From NCBI GenBank assembly GCA_973851085.1, contig OZ316776.1, positions 4,216,001-4,280,000 of the forward strand: a DNA stretch of 64,000 nucleotides. Direction: 5' to 3'. Of this stretch, positions 12,779 through 25,879 are shown one piece after another. Source of the stretch: Ptychomitrium polyphyllum. Its lineage: Eukaryota. Positions within the stretch are counted from its first letter, which is position 1; the number at the start of each line of letters is the position of its first letter. A program made the translations under genes and the position numbers. Under the pieces are notes generated by a model. The model made no database searches, was not told where the DNA came from, and saw nothing but the letters and a program-made list of their open reading frames with translations.

Positions 12779-14214
12779 TCACATAATGTCCCAGTTGCCT
12801 CGACTGTTAAGCGGCGGGAGATATTCAGCCTTTCCCATATTGCGTTCAATCTGTGAAGCTGTGAGTTCATCTTTAAGTTTCGGCAACTCAGCACCAACCA
12901 AAGACATCATCCACATTGTGTGCGTCTGTGAAAAGTTGTAATCGTCTTGGAGACGATACTCGTCGAGACAATTGGCCCAGCGGAGATAAATCTCCTTCTG
13001 CTGCGCTAGGGGGAAGCTCATGACGAAGCTGGCAACGACTTTCGAAACGGGAAGCTCCTCCAGTTCTAAGTTATCAACCCGCTTCAGAATCCAGTTCCAA
13101 CGCTGGTAGAGCGTAACACGCTCCGACGTCCGCAGAAACAAGCGCCCATTCATCACGTCCTGGAAGATCACGTACATCATCCTCGCCCACTCGCACACGA
13201 TATCTGGTCTTATCGGGATGGTGGCGTAGGGATCGAACGTTGTGATCATATATTGCGAGACGTCCAGCTTCAGAAGAAGCTTCACTACGACTTGAACCGC
13301 ATTCGCTTTTCGCAACACTTCAAACAACCAGCAGAACTACAGCAGATTCACCGTCGCCAGGGGAGTGCCCCAGCATTTCTGGCATCCGGGTCCCGTTATT
13401 ACTCCAAAATCTTCGTCAATTTGTACGTGGTTCTGGACAGCGCATACTGTAGAGCGTCACGACACAGGGTAGTTCCGGAGCAAGAGACGAGCGCCAGGAG
13501 AGCCTCCGAGATCACCTGCCGGCTTGCGACTCGCGAGTCTATAACCTCGTCGCTGGAGTCCTTCGACATCAGCGCATTCGTCAAATAGCCGTCGAGAATC
13601 CTCTGTATCAAGGTAGCGTTTTCTTTCTTCCGCTCGTCTTCGCTCAAGGGGAAGCGCAAGCGCACACACAAGTCACTCGTGGAATTCATCGACAACTGCC
13701 CTAGGCAATAAAATTCACGGATATGGTTTTCCTCGTCCTTTGACCACTGCGCGGCTGAGAGATAATTCACGCAGATCTCCATAAGCTTATGATAGTCAAT
13801 ATGAGAGGCGACTTTCAGGAGTTGCACACAATGCACAACATCCGGAATCGGCTTCAGTAAAGGGAAGTCCATGCGGGAGAAGCAGTCGCGGTGGTAGACA
13901 GGGTCAGTCTGCACTTCAAGATGAAATTCCAGGTTAAGCGACTCCGATGAAGAGGTGCGTACTGGCCATCGCCCGCTCATGCATGTATCGAAGTACTTGC
14001 TGCACTGGCGCAGTCTGCTTGAATCTGCCATCACCTTCTCCTCCAATGCTGCTCCATGTGATAATTCTCCTCTAGGTTGCACCCTGAGCGGCTTGACCTT
14101 CCTCTTCTTGGTGTGTGTAACAGCTTCGACAACTTCTGTGCTGGTCTTCTGCACCAAGATGATGGTTACATCTCTGCCGCGGACTCCCGGCTCCATGAAT
14201 TTCTGCTTCTTCAT
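12779..14214 (-). pseudogene. BTB/POZ-domain plant protein gene, apparently disrupted by a frameshift and an in-frame stop
   Basis: The N-terminal ORF has BTB-like LRQCSKYFDTCMSGRW...LLKVASHIDYHKLMEICVNYLSAAQWSKDEE. The C-terminal ORF (WLFEVL...RVTLYQRW...SFPLAQQKEIYLRW) is in another frame. The frame switches between 13457 and 13402, and a TAG lies at ~13337-13339. I found no convincing phase-restoring intron. Confidence 0.6.
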
Positions 14215-15560
14215 GACTAAAAGAAGAGCGTTCAATGCGCTTATGATTTTATGATACCAAATGGCTAACACCAAGGAAATGAAACGGGAACTAAATGAGA
14301 TTGAAGGCTGCTTGACTGGTACGCTGTGATCTACGAGTTCTTCTTGCAAGTGGGTGAAGGTGGAATACGAGAACTTAAGGTGAGGAGATGAACGCTTGGT
14401 GGCCTACTGAGAGACCTAGATGTTGTGGTGATGATTTTAGTGAGATCTTGGATCGTGGTGAATCAGTGAACTTCGCAGCATATGTACATCAACGTTATGT
14501 CTTTAGCATGTCATGTCAAGGTGCCTAGTGACATTTGACGAGATTGGCAATAAGAGGCCTAATCAGCTTTAACAGCCATCAGTTGTGTTAATGTAATCAA
14601 GGCTGGCCACAGGAGTTGATAAGCACTTTGAAATGATGTGCTTTGGATGTGAACCTAATGAAATTATACTCACGGTGTTGGCTCTCCTCTCGAAGTCATG
14701 AACTTGCTTTCAAATTATTCTATTTTTTGTGATTTTAGTCATTCTATGTAGTGCATCATGTGAATCAGATCCTTTTAGTAGTTCCATAGTGAGTCTTAGA
14801 CCATTATGAGGTGAGGTGGAGTAAAATCGAACTCTTTTCGTAAATCCCCATACAATCCCCTAACGTGCATGCAAAAGTAGTCATGCCCCGCGCATCGAGA
14901 ATAACTACCTGCTCATTCGCCAGTCTGAAAACACTCACTAAAACCCTAGAAGCATGACCTCCCTAACCTTGTACGTTGTAACAAGTTATTTGAATTTCGT
15001 AACGAGACAAATTCTCACGACTGCATCCTTCTGCTGAAAGTCGTAGACGAGCTTGTAGTGTTTTAATCGACATCCTTTAGAGCAGGTATACAAGTACTTA
15101 CATGCATGATCAGAGGGTCGCTGCTTCTGCAGAATTGGCCAAATTTGCATTTGTTTTGTATTGTGACATAGTGGAGTATTGGGAAATTCTGATTTGCGGA
15201 GTTTTCCACAGTCTGGGCATGATCTGGAGATCTGTATGCGAAGCCTGAGTTCTACACAAGAATCGAAATGAATACACTGCAGATTTAAATTTTAATTAAT
15301 CAATTAAATTTAAATACCTATTCTCTCTTTTTTGATAATGAAGGGCATCAAAACCCCAAATGTCAATCCTGCTAAGGTTGGCTTCAAATACGATGAAGCT
15401 CAAGTAAATTAGTTTTTATCTGTTCTAGTGGTTACTTGGTGCAAAGAGGCATAGCAGGTCTGCACCAGGTGTTTGCTTTAATTTGGATAAACTACAGGAA
15501 GAATCTGGCGACTGAAGCGGTCGCCTACTGTACAGAATGTTAATGTGCTTTAACTGAGGG

Positions 15561-18500
15561 TTACTTGTTATTTAGCATTTGATTAACTAGGTCCTTGTAA
15601 CTTCTTTTTGGTTTGGAAGACGGATTGCTAACCCCTCTGCCAGACACTTCAGTTCCTAATACCTCTGTTGAAGTCGCTCCATCTCGTGTGGAATCCAGCG
15701 AAGCTTGTGAGTTGCTCCTTTCGTATTGGTCCATTCTGCTTCCTAATGTCGACGACGGTTCGATCAGTAGTGAATTTGATATTGAAGCCAAAGTCCTCTC
15801 TCTGGTTGGGATGAAGCCAGCTTGTGAGTCGCTCCTTTCAGGTTGATCAACATCCATTGATCTGCTTCCTAAGGTCGATGATGTTGACGGCAAAATCTTC
15901 TCTCTAATCGACTGGAGTCCACTTTGTTGAGATGCATAATAGTTTGGTAGTAAAGTGTTGAGCATTACATTAATATCTGGGTTTGGAGCCAGTTCATTGG
16001 AGTAAAAGTTATCTTTCTGAAGGAGGTTTTCAGTCGACCGGTTACCCTGAGAATCCTCCAGCTTTGAGGCAGCAACAGGCTCCTCATCTTCATTACTGGT
16101 AACCACCCACAATCCACAAATCAGCTTTTTACTCTCAACGGTTGCGTTTCAAGCTCTGTATTCAGTAAAACAGACTTGTTTATCAAGAATACTAAGTTAC
16201 CAAGTTAGGTAATAAGGATAGGAATAATAATACGTACAACGGGAAGTCCATACCTATCCTGTACTTTTCTCTTCTGAGCAAGTCTTGCAGACATCCGGGG
16301 TCTTGAAAGTTCCGCTGATGCGAGCACCCTTTCCGAGTCCTGGCTCGAAGAATAAACCTCGTCTTCGTCAAGAAGCAAGCGCCGTTTTGGTATATACTCG
16401 TGAGTGTTAGAAGATGTATTCTCTTTTTTCCTGCCCAATCCACTGCTTTTGAGCACTCTATTCTTCTCGGCACCCACAGCTTCATCCAAGTGTGAAGCTT
16501 CTGAATTAGGAACACTTCTACCTGGCGGATTCTCCCCTGTATTTTCCCAACGAACTCTTTTGGATAATGCTAAATCTTGCTCTAAATGCTCCTCGTCGTC
16601 AGGTTGCTCCTCCTTCGATCCTCGGCGACCTCTTCCACGCCCTCCGATAGGCAGAGCTCGTTTCCGGGTGATAGGCTTTCGAGGAGGTCTTGGTACAACT
16701 CTCTTGTCTGGAGTGATAGGAATGATTGATTTATCCTCCTTTGATATCAATGCTTTTGATTTATCCTCCTTGACTGGTTGCGCTTCTTCTTCGTCTTCTG
16801 ACTCAAGAACTTCGTCAGCCCTGTAAACAAATACCCTAAAAGTCAGATTAAGAACGTGCTATCATTCAGATTTCTCTGAGTTTCGTAGAACAATTTCAAC
16901 GTCAGCAAGAAATCGGCTAATTCGAAATCGCAAGTTTCTGAAGCAAGTAAAGAATCCCTTCTCTGAAGAATTAAGCAGGCTGTCCCAATCATCAATGAAT
17001 ATCGATGCGCAGGTTCTCGAGTCCAAAATATTGAGTGTGTTATATTTGGCAAAAGAATCCTATCAATCCACAATGGTACGAACCTGAAATCGTATTTATC
17101 TTCTGTAGGATGACGGCAGCTATCACTGCTAACAGAATCTTCTATCCAGTGATGACTTACCACCTTCACACGCTTTGATAACAACCGGCGTCTTTCCTCC
17201 AAAGACATACTGCACCCATGGAAAACCTTAGAATACTATACTCATCAAACTGTCGTTTTGAAGGAAAATGCTTACAGTAACTTCAGCCGTTGTTTTAGCC
17301 TCATAGGCTGTTATCAGAGCTAGCTTGCTTAGTACGCTGACAACAGTCATACAATCTATTGAAACTCACCTTTGCATTAAAGTCTTGAATGATACGGGAC
17401 TCTCCGACGATGAGTACACCACAATGTGAGTCACGTTACGCGTCAGCTTGTCAGACACAGTGCCTTCATGCATCTCCACCTCCAGTGCAAGTCTTCTCAA
17501 TGTTAAGTTGGCTATCTGAACAGTATCTTCATTCCTGCATGTACGATGAAACGAGGCTCACTTACAAGTAGCTTCATACTATTGCCTTAGAATCTTGATG
17601 AGGGAATTGTCCGAAAGTTAAACGTGTTCGCTGCAATTCCCAAACAGACAGAGGAGACACAAATCGTAGCAGCAGTTCCACTCGGAATTTAGAAGATAGC
17701 CACAGAGAGAATTCAATAAGATGCCGAAAATATCTCAGCGACAATATTGAAATTGGCATTGGGTGTTTTAAGGTTGTACGTGGAATAAAGCGTATGGAGA
17801 AAGAAGACACAGCAGCCGCAAAAGCTGCACCAGGTTGGGGTGGGACAGTATTTCTTCATGTAATATTTGACTTTCTCCATGTCATGTTCCACCCTGCTTG
17901 TATCCATATTTTCAAAGACCTGCAACCATATATGACACCGTCATGAAGATCACTTCACGCAAGTTTAGTTCGTTGCAGATACCTCTTAATTGATTCAGTT
18001 GAAGTCATCAGGCAAACAAAAGTCTTTGACTATGCAGGAGACCCAGCCATCACACAAACCTGTTTAAGATCAGATTCATCAATGTCAAGGAAGTAGAAAT
18101 CCCCAAACTCGTCAACTTCAGATTTTAAATTTTCCTTCGTAGCGTCTGACATATGCAAATAGTACCTAACAAGGATAAAACGCGAAAAGTTTATAAACCT
18201 CCGAGTAAATAATAGATGAAAGTTCTCTTTCGACAGGGAGCGCTGAAGACGTTAAAAGGGATACCCAAACATATTACAGTCTTTAAATGACACATCTGAT
18301 CAAACGGGCAAATATGCTAGTAACCTGGACCAAGACTCTGGATTAAGTTGAACATGTGTATTGTACAACTCATAAGAAACCTTCATAATGCCTTCGAAAT
18401 ATAGAAGAGAATTAAAGTAATTTAACCATAACATAGTGGTATATTCTATACATATACAGAGTTGCAACAACTTCAAGACTAATGCGACATTATGATCCCT

Positions 18501-21500
18501 AAACAAGAAAACAAGCAAAAGAGTTCGCAATATACTTGGGACCAACAGAAAGGAGAGCTTTGTGGGCCATGCAATCCAGAAGCCAAGAGAGATGAATAAC
18601 ATCTCCATTCTTAGAAGCTGCTTGAAATTTTAGTCCTGTACAACAGCACAAGTGCATAAGATTAAGGTACTAATTTCCACACTCCAGGTATACAGGAAAT
18701 TATTCGAATAACATGAGATTCTAGTACCACTACATGAGCCTGGGAGTATATCAGACCAAAGGGCCCTATTACCTTTCTTTTCAGATGCAGCTGCATGAGT
18801 TACAATATTGTTAAGGTTCATAGAGAAGGTACCCCCATTCTCTGCAACCAGTTTATGAAGTTTCTCAATTGGGTACTCACTCGTAGTGTTGGCAATATCT
18901 GGAGAGTAGTCAAGGTCAATTTATTTCGCAATTAACAGTATAAAACCATCAGAAGGACCTGGTTCAAGTACACACCCACTTATAGCACTAACAGAATTAT
19001 TTAGTGACATCGTTGCATTCTATGAAAACTTGACTGATATTTCACTTTCATCTGGAATAACTTGCCATAAAGCAATGATGAAATGTTTTGGTCTTAAACT
19101 TGTAGATTAATACAGTGCTCGAAAGGACCAGCATGCACGTGGGTGGACAAGGATACAGAAGACGAGGTCTTTGAAGAGGCGAGTAGCTTGCTTGACATGT
19201 GACACGTCCGTCACCAACATGTGAGAAGGGACCAACGACGAGCGTAGAGATTCAGGCTTTTCCTGCTTGGCCCTTCTGGTTCGGCTTTTAAGTTGAGTCC
19301 CACCTTCTTCTCCTCCTTGACCATCATCCCTGCTCTTTGCATGCACCGTGTCTGCCAATGCTGTCGTAGCAAAACGTATGGACCAACATTAGATCAGTTA
19401 CAAGAGAATTGAATTAGAAGACCTACAAATTAAGTGGCGTGAAGAATCTATTATTCCTGGAAGGTCGAAAACAATCGAGAAATTCAAGGATGAGGAACAT
19501 GTTCTATCCTGAACTCCAAAGTAAGCCAATTATCACCATATTTACTATAATGGAACAAAACAGCAATTTTGGGACTATTTAGCTATTGCATAACCAGTGT
19601 ACAATGTTGATATTTGGGACTTTGAAATTTCACATTATAGTGAATATGGTGTTAATCACTATTAAACTTTGAACTGCCCGAACTGGAGAGGTGTGGTTAA
19701 CATTGGAACTGTGAGAGATACAGATTGGTACTGATGCTATGCTGATAAAACTAACTTGCCCACAAAATAACAGAATATTGTACGTAGCATCCCATTGTCT
19801 TTTCCAAACCAGCACATAAACACAAAGTGTGCGCAATTTGCATTAAAAACCAACAAAAGCTCTGTTAACACCATCTTGAATCAACACGTGATTCTCTTTT
19901 TAATCATTTGATTGACTACAACTTGGAGAAGAAGCTTACTTTGGACATCGAGACAATCATACCACGGTTTATCATAACGAATCTTTTGAACACGAGGGAA
20001 TCGCAAACTATATGGTGTTGCAAACGTCTGAACATGTCACAAAATTTCTCAGAAAACTACTTTTCCCTGTAATCCACCACTTGCATCATTAAGCAAGAGG
20101 ATAATAAAGAGCACAACGCATGGCAGACAACCGAAGTCGACATTTCTTGGTGCAACAATACTCTTTCTAGGACACAAGCTAACTGGTTGACCCAAAATGT
20201 ACTCTCCTTTCTCTCTGTAAATAGGGGCAGATCAAATTGTCAAATTAAACAAGATTGTCTTGGCAAACTTACCTCAGAGCGTATTGTACGGATATCACTT
20301 GTGATTTGAAGTATGACGGATCTGAAGATAGAACAGAAAAGTATAAACTTATGAGCACCACCGCATAACACGTAAAACACGTAAAACTTGAAAATAGTTA
20401 AGAAAAGGCTTATAATCCCTGATAAACCATCACAGCTAGAATTTTCACTTAACAATAAGTAGAACGTTCTGGGAGATAGAAACGCAGATTTCAGAAGGGG
20501 ATACTCACTTTTCAGGTTGATCGATCCAGACATCAGGTCGTTCTTTGACTGCATTAGTCACGACATAAAAGCTCGGTGGCTTACTTCCCTTTTCGTTCCT
20601 CCTGCAACATCAACAGATGATTAAGAGCGGTTATTTAACAAACACGTTTCAGTAAGTTATATTCATGATCAAAGAACAAGTGAGGTTCAGAGGGTAGAGA
20701 AGCGAAGGTTAGTCTCATAATCTCGTAAAACCTGGGATGAATAGAAACAGAACTAGGTTGTCATGTATATTGATGAGTTGCTATGAAGTGAGTGACTCAA
20801 ATCAATCAAAATGCCGTTGTCGAACAATGCTTGAAATATCCTTTAACGTAGAACTCGTCTCAGAACTTTGGCATGCCAGATAACACCAAAACCAAGCTAG
20901 ATCGACTTCCAAAAAATGCACTAGAAGCAATCATTTTAGTGATGTTTTGACCTGAAATAGGGTTTGACCTTGCGCACCAATTGCTCTGCTTCATCGTCAG
21001 TAAGGCCTGTCCCTACCCTGCAAAAGGAGTAGAACCTGCACAAACAACGTTCGGAGTCTTGTGAGCTCAGAAGCAAGTGCAGATTTAGTACAGTTTATAT
21101 TCGAAATGAAATACGAAGATAAAAGAAGGAATGATGTAAAAACTTTGAAATAAGAGGTTGATGAGATTGCTAACTTTGTAGGATAGCCACCCGCTTTTGG
21201 CCGCTCAGCCAATCCCAGTAAAAATTGAGCAACCTGGAAACGTGATGACAATGATGCAGTTGTAAATATCATCCAAAACCAAGCGAATTTGTGACGCAAG
21301 TGAAGTAATGTAAATTTATCCTGCATCTTCTACGTGAGGTTACATAATTCTCTAAGTAACTTTGTTGAAGTGCTACCATCAAGACATTGGAAGCAGCAAT
21401 TTTAGAGGTTGGTTCTTCATACGAAGGGAGCCCAATTGTGTGCACCAAAATAATTCTCCACGCAATCGTGCCACAACTGACCGAAATCCACATAGATCGA

Positions 21501-24500
21501 ATTTACAGTACATTAAAACTGCAAATACACAAGTTACAAATGGTCACTAACCTCACCACCACGCCGTCCAGATCCATAATAACCACCTGCACACAAGGTA
21601 GACTATTTATAACGAATACACCCTCCGTGAACAGTAATGTGTTAAACCGCAAGTTCAGCCAAGTGGAGCATTGACTATGTTAAAACCACAAGTTATGCAC
21701 ACCGTTGGATTCGCTATGTTCAGTACATTGAGTAATTCCAAGCCCGACCTCACAAAAAGATCATCCTTGGAGAGCTTCAAATATTGCAATATGTTCTATA
21801 GAAACATGTTTTCATTTCATCACGTGCGCACCTATTATGAGCGCATCAAGGTCAGATTCAGAGTGGATGTAATCAGGCTTGAGTTTCAGCCATTTTCCAT
21901 TACGATCACTAGGCTCCCATTTTGAATCAAGGTCTTTTAATACTACACCTTCCTCCCTGCACACAAAACGAGCAACTCGGGTTTCAACATGTTCATACTT
22001 GGGTACCAGAGCCGAAAACCAAGGGCGTCATAGCATTCAGGTCTATATAATAGATCGTTACCTGGGGAATAGATTTAGATACTTTGTTGGATTTTCGAAA
22101 CTCTGACTAGGTATCTTGTCATGGAAAGAAAATCCTTCCAAGAGCCAAAGTTCCGCAAATGTTTCAAAATGTTTAAATCTGAATGTTCTTCGTTACCCGT
22201 ATATTCATTAAAGATAGATTTGTCGCATGCGAATGAGGACTAACCTGTTGTCAATTGTCTCTTGAAAAAAGCGTTCTACCTCCTCAGAGTTTGTGGCCAA
22301 GATTGACCACCTCGGTTCTTCTGGACAATTTAACAAAGACTAGACTTCAGGACGGCTATGCTCCTTTCATACATAATATGGATGATTGATAATCATAACA
22401 GTTTAAAAACACTACTAGCCAGATCTTATATTCAACACATTTACTACAATCGGCAATGCAATTAAAGTCTTCTGCATCTGGCAATGAAGGCAACTGAACA
22501 ATCATCGAACAATGTTTACCAGCAGCTCGCTTGGAATTGAGACCTCTTGTTTCTGGAATGAGGACCTCTAGACGGCCACTGAGAGGGCGAATAGCCTTTT
22601 GAAGTAGTTGATGCCGTTCACGTAATGGACGATGAATTACGCTACAGTCGCCGTCATAAAGGATATCAAATGCAACATCTGGGAGCCTGAAAATTAAAGA
22701 AAATTCAAAGTACACTTTCTCAAGAAAAATAAAATCAATTACTGAGTCGGTTCACTGTTTGAAGGTTTAGGTGATTAAATATTGAAGGCTTGGGCGACTT
22801 TTGGCTCCTTAAGTAAAATAAAGAATATCTCTTCATGATTGCAAGCTTTTCAGGCAGTAGCCCTTGTTGGCAACATATAGGAAGACATCCACTAAAATTC
22901 TGGTACTCAAAATGGTATAAGGATACAACAAATCTGCAAGGCAAACAGACCGCATGCAGAGATGTCAGTGAAAACGGTGGCCCGTACTGTACATAACACG
23001 AAGACGAAAGGGGGATAGAGCATAATAGGTCCAGGTTCACAGCATTGAATATTGACAAAATATATAAAGCTATAGTTTTAAATAGTTTCATGTGTACTGA
23101 CGCATTACAGATGAGAAACCTCCAATCACAAACATCAGAGCAGCAGTACAATACCTGCAGACCAGTACCCAGGCCATCTTTACCCGCCTTTGCTGCACAG
23201 AAATTGTGTCAAAATAGTTCAATACCAAAACGAATAGAACCAAGAACATGATCTCCGAGTTATTCAGGAAATAATGCAAAACTCATATGCCATGTTGGAT
23301 ACACTAAACACTCTAAACTTACAAAGTTAGATCGAATTACTAAAGCATCGACATGTTCTAAACGACACACTGGTTCCAAAACAAAACTCTTGAGGCCACA
23401 AGAATAGCGGATGCAAGTTGTCATACCCACTTCACGATTTGAGCCAAACTCTGCGAATTTTCTTGCCGTTCGATCCCAAACCAGCATCTCTCCATCAAGT
23501 ATACATCTGTGTACATTATTGAGATTATCAAGGTGTGCAATATTTTTATATAAGCTACCGTATTCAAATTATAATTGTCACGAGTGTTTACAAAAGCAGC
23601 ATGATCTAAAGTTCAAAAAGACTATTGCGTGTTGCTTTATGAACCTAAGATTGAACACGATTTAACATACAAATTTGATGCCATCCCAGGTTCTAAATTC
23701 GTCAACACGTACACTTACTTTTCAGGAATAATTTGTTGACACAATACGCCACCAATCGCATCCAAATACTCTGGATGGTCGGTGAACGTCCTGGATCAAA
23801 GAGACAGTCAACGGTCAGAAGGTTCGAGACTGCGCATCTAAGGGCTACATAATTCATACACTACCTTGTCAATGAGTTCATGATGGTTCTTGATAACACA
23901 AATATTTACCTTGACCAGAAGTTAAGCTTGTTCCCATTTTTGTGTACTTGAATGCGGTCTCCATCAAACTTGCATTCCACCACAACTTCTTTTCCCCTCA
24001 TCTGTAGTTCACAACAAACCACACAAAGTAACCTCAGCTCTCCGAAAAGCTTAAATGGATGCAAAATCCACGAAAGTAGTTGATCAGGTATCTACATTGA
24101 GTGTGGGCATTAACCTTCTTCCATGCATCTTCAACATTAGCAGCTCTTGCAGCTAATTGTGGTCGTACTGCTTTACCCACTTCAATATCCTGCAAGAATT
24201 CCAAAATCTTAAAAATAGAAATAGTAACATTGTTTATGAGTAGCATGATACCTATACGAGGGAATAGAGATATCATCAAATAGAATGGAAGAGGAGGTAG
24301 TGGTGAATAATCCTATATAGCTACTACACACAAACCTGACCATAGCTTAACACAATTAGAAATAGCTTTGACTTTCCTAAAATATGTTCAGAACACATTT
24401 TGTATCCAATAACTAAGATCTCACCTGACGCTTGTAGCGCATGCTGCGATCACGAAGCTTTTCACAAACCAATTTCAGATCACATGTGACATTGAAGTAA

Positions 24501-25873
24501 TCTTCGGCATCAGGGTGGAACTCGCTGAAAACTGTCTTCTCACTGATTCCAAGCTTCAAGTCTGGGACGATCAATCATATTCATCATCAATGTATTTGCT
24601 GCAGTAACTACAAACCCTTAAGGGACTTCATCAAGTTGTCACACCGTCACATCATCTCGATTTTAAATGTGCGATGGGGAAAGGAAGCTTTCATAAAACT
24701 GAGTATACATCCAAGACAATGGGATGGCATGCCCTTCTGAGAACAAACCACACCCTCTTTTTTGAAAGGGTACAAAGTAAGCGGAACTCTGAAGATACAA
24801 GTGTGAGTAATAGTGGAAACCTTACCTTTCAGAATAATCATGATAACCCATCTCATTTCCTGCGCATTTGTCTTGCTAATGAGCTCAGCTAGTACGCATA
24901 TCTTTTCTTCCCTGAGCACCACCATTAAAATTTCGTTTCAGATTACTATGTGGAGAGCACTAATCAGTTACGATATCTTTGCCAGGTTACAATCCAGCTG
25001 AATGATGGGACCCTTATACACAGAACATGTCATCTCCGACTCAACATTTAGAAACCTCCTTAAGTAACTTACTTGTCCTCCGCTGCAACTAAGCGATCGA
25101 GAAGGTCATTAACATCTTTAATTTTAAGACCACCTGGTGCCGTCTTTTGTCTCCTGTAGAGCACCTGGGTTCCAGCACAAAGACCACACGAGCTCAGATG
25201 AGGAGATTGCACTGATCAGTATCACCCCATAAATAGTGAGTCAAACAAAATCCTCCCGTTCACTTGTATGATTTCGAAGTCAACTTCACGAAAGATGTAG
25301 CTTCATCCAGAGGTTGTCATCACCAATCCAAAGCCCAAATGCAAGAGGCTCCCACCAAATCCCAAGGCGTGATTCCCAATTACTGTCGACTACTAAATTT
25401 GGCCATTTCTTAATCACAAAAGCTTAAAAGGGAACTTACACCGATCTCATCGCACCAGCACTCACATGGACATGCACGGGAGAGTCTAACGTTGTTCCTC
25501 TATTACATCAAAGAGTAGACAGGAGAAAAGGAACCACCTCTGCGGCAACAACAGGAAAATTCCCGGCGTTGCTGCCTGCCCTCAGACCTCCTTTACGCCA
25601 ATTGATAAGCTTTTTAGCATCCTCAGACTCTTTCGACAGCCCTAAAGCATCCGCCAGAAACTTTGCCAGGACGCCTTCGCGCATCCCATAGTTAGCACGC
25701 TCTTTGTCGAGGTCTGGAAGAATCAAGCGCATTGCGCTAAACTGCTCATGGCCCGTATAAACATGCTCCAGAAACGTGCGAATGTGCTTCCTCTTCAACG
25801 CTGCTTTCTTGCACCTGATTATCGCTTCAAACATGCTACACAGCACTCCGAACTCCACCGTCTCCTCTGTCAT
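15561..25873 (-). CDS. LIG4: DNA ligase IV (NHEJ), about 1283 aa, 28 exons, two BRCT domains and a long disordered C-terminal tail
   Basis: Motifs: RLILPDLDKERANYG, adenylation motif ECKFDGDRIQVHK, CILDGEM, YVAFDILY, EEGVVLK, WLKLKPDY, LRFPRV, BRCT WLLDC and HWIEDS. Exons: 25873-25538, 25164-25073, 24911-24826, 24561-24425, 24189-24115, 24001-23910, 23790-23719, 23506-23427, 23192-23155, 22933-22927, 22678-22520, 22320-22245, 21956-21832, 21586-21552, 21233-21175, 21035-20952, 20601-20509, 20321-20273, 20027-19940, 19360-19157, 18898-18773, 18635-18536, 18165-18060, 17919-17780, 17534-17370, 17209-17084, 16820-16254, 16095-15561. All phases are compatible. Confidence 0.97.
18899..19156 (-). 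other. U12-type (minor spliceosome) GT-AG intron in LIG4, first BRCT domain
   Basis: Donor GTATCCTT, branch point CCTTGAC (18915-18909) about 10 nt before the CAG acceptor. Splicing yields DLVF-Y-IANTT. Confidence 0.9.
22679..22926 (-). other. U12-type GT-AG intron in LIG4, catalytic domain
   Basis: Donor GTATCCTT, branch-like TTCTTTAAT about 14 nt before the CAG acceptor. Splicing yields IC-Y-VAFDILY. Confidence 0.85.
22927..22933 (-). other. 7-nt micro-exon (ATTTGTT) of LIG4
   Basis: Flanked by TTGCAG and GTATCCTT. It is needed to change phase 0 to phase 1 and to supply I-C-(Y) before VAFDILY. Confidence 0.88.
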
Positions 25874-25879
25874 CTTTTC

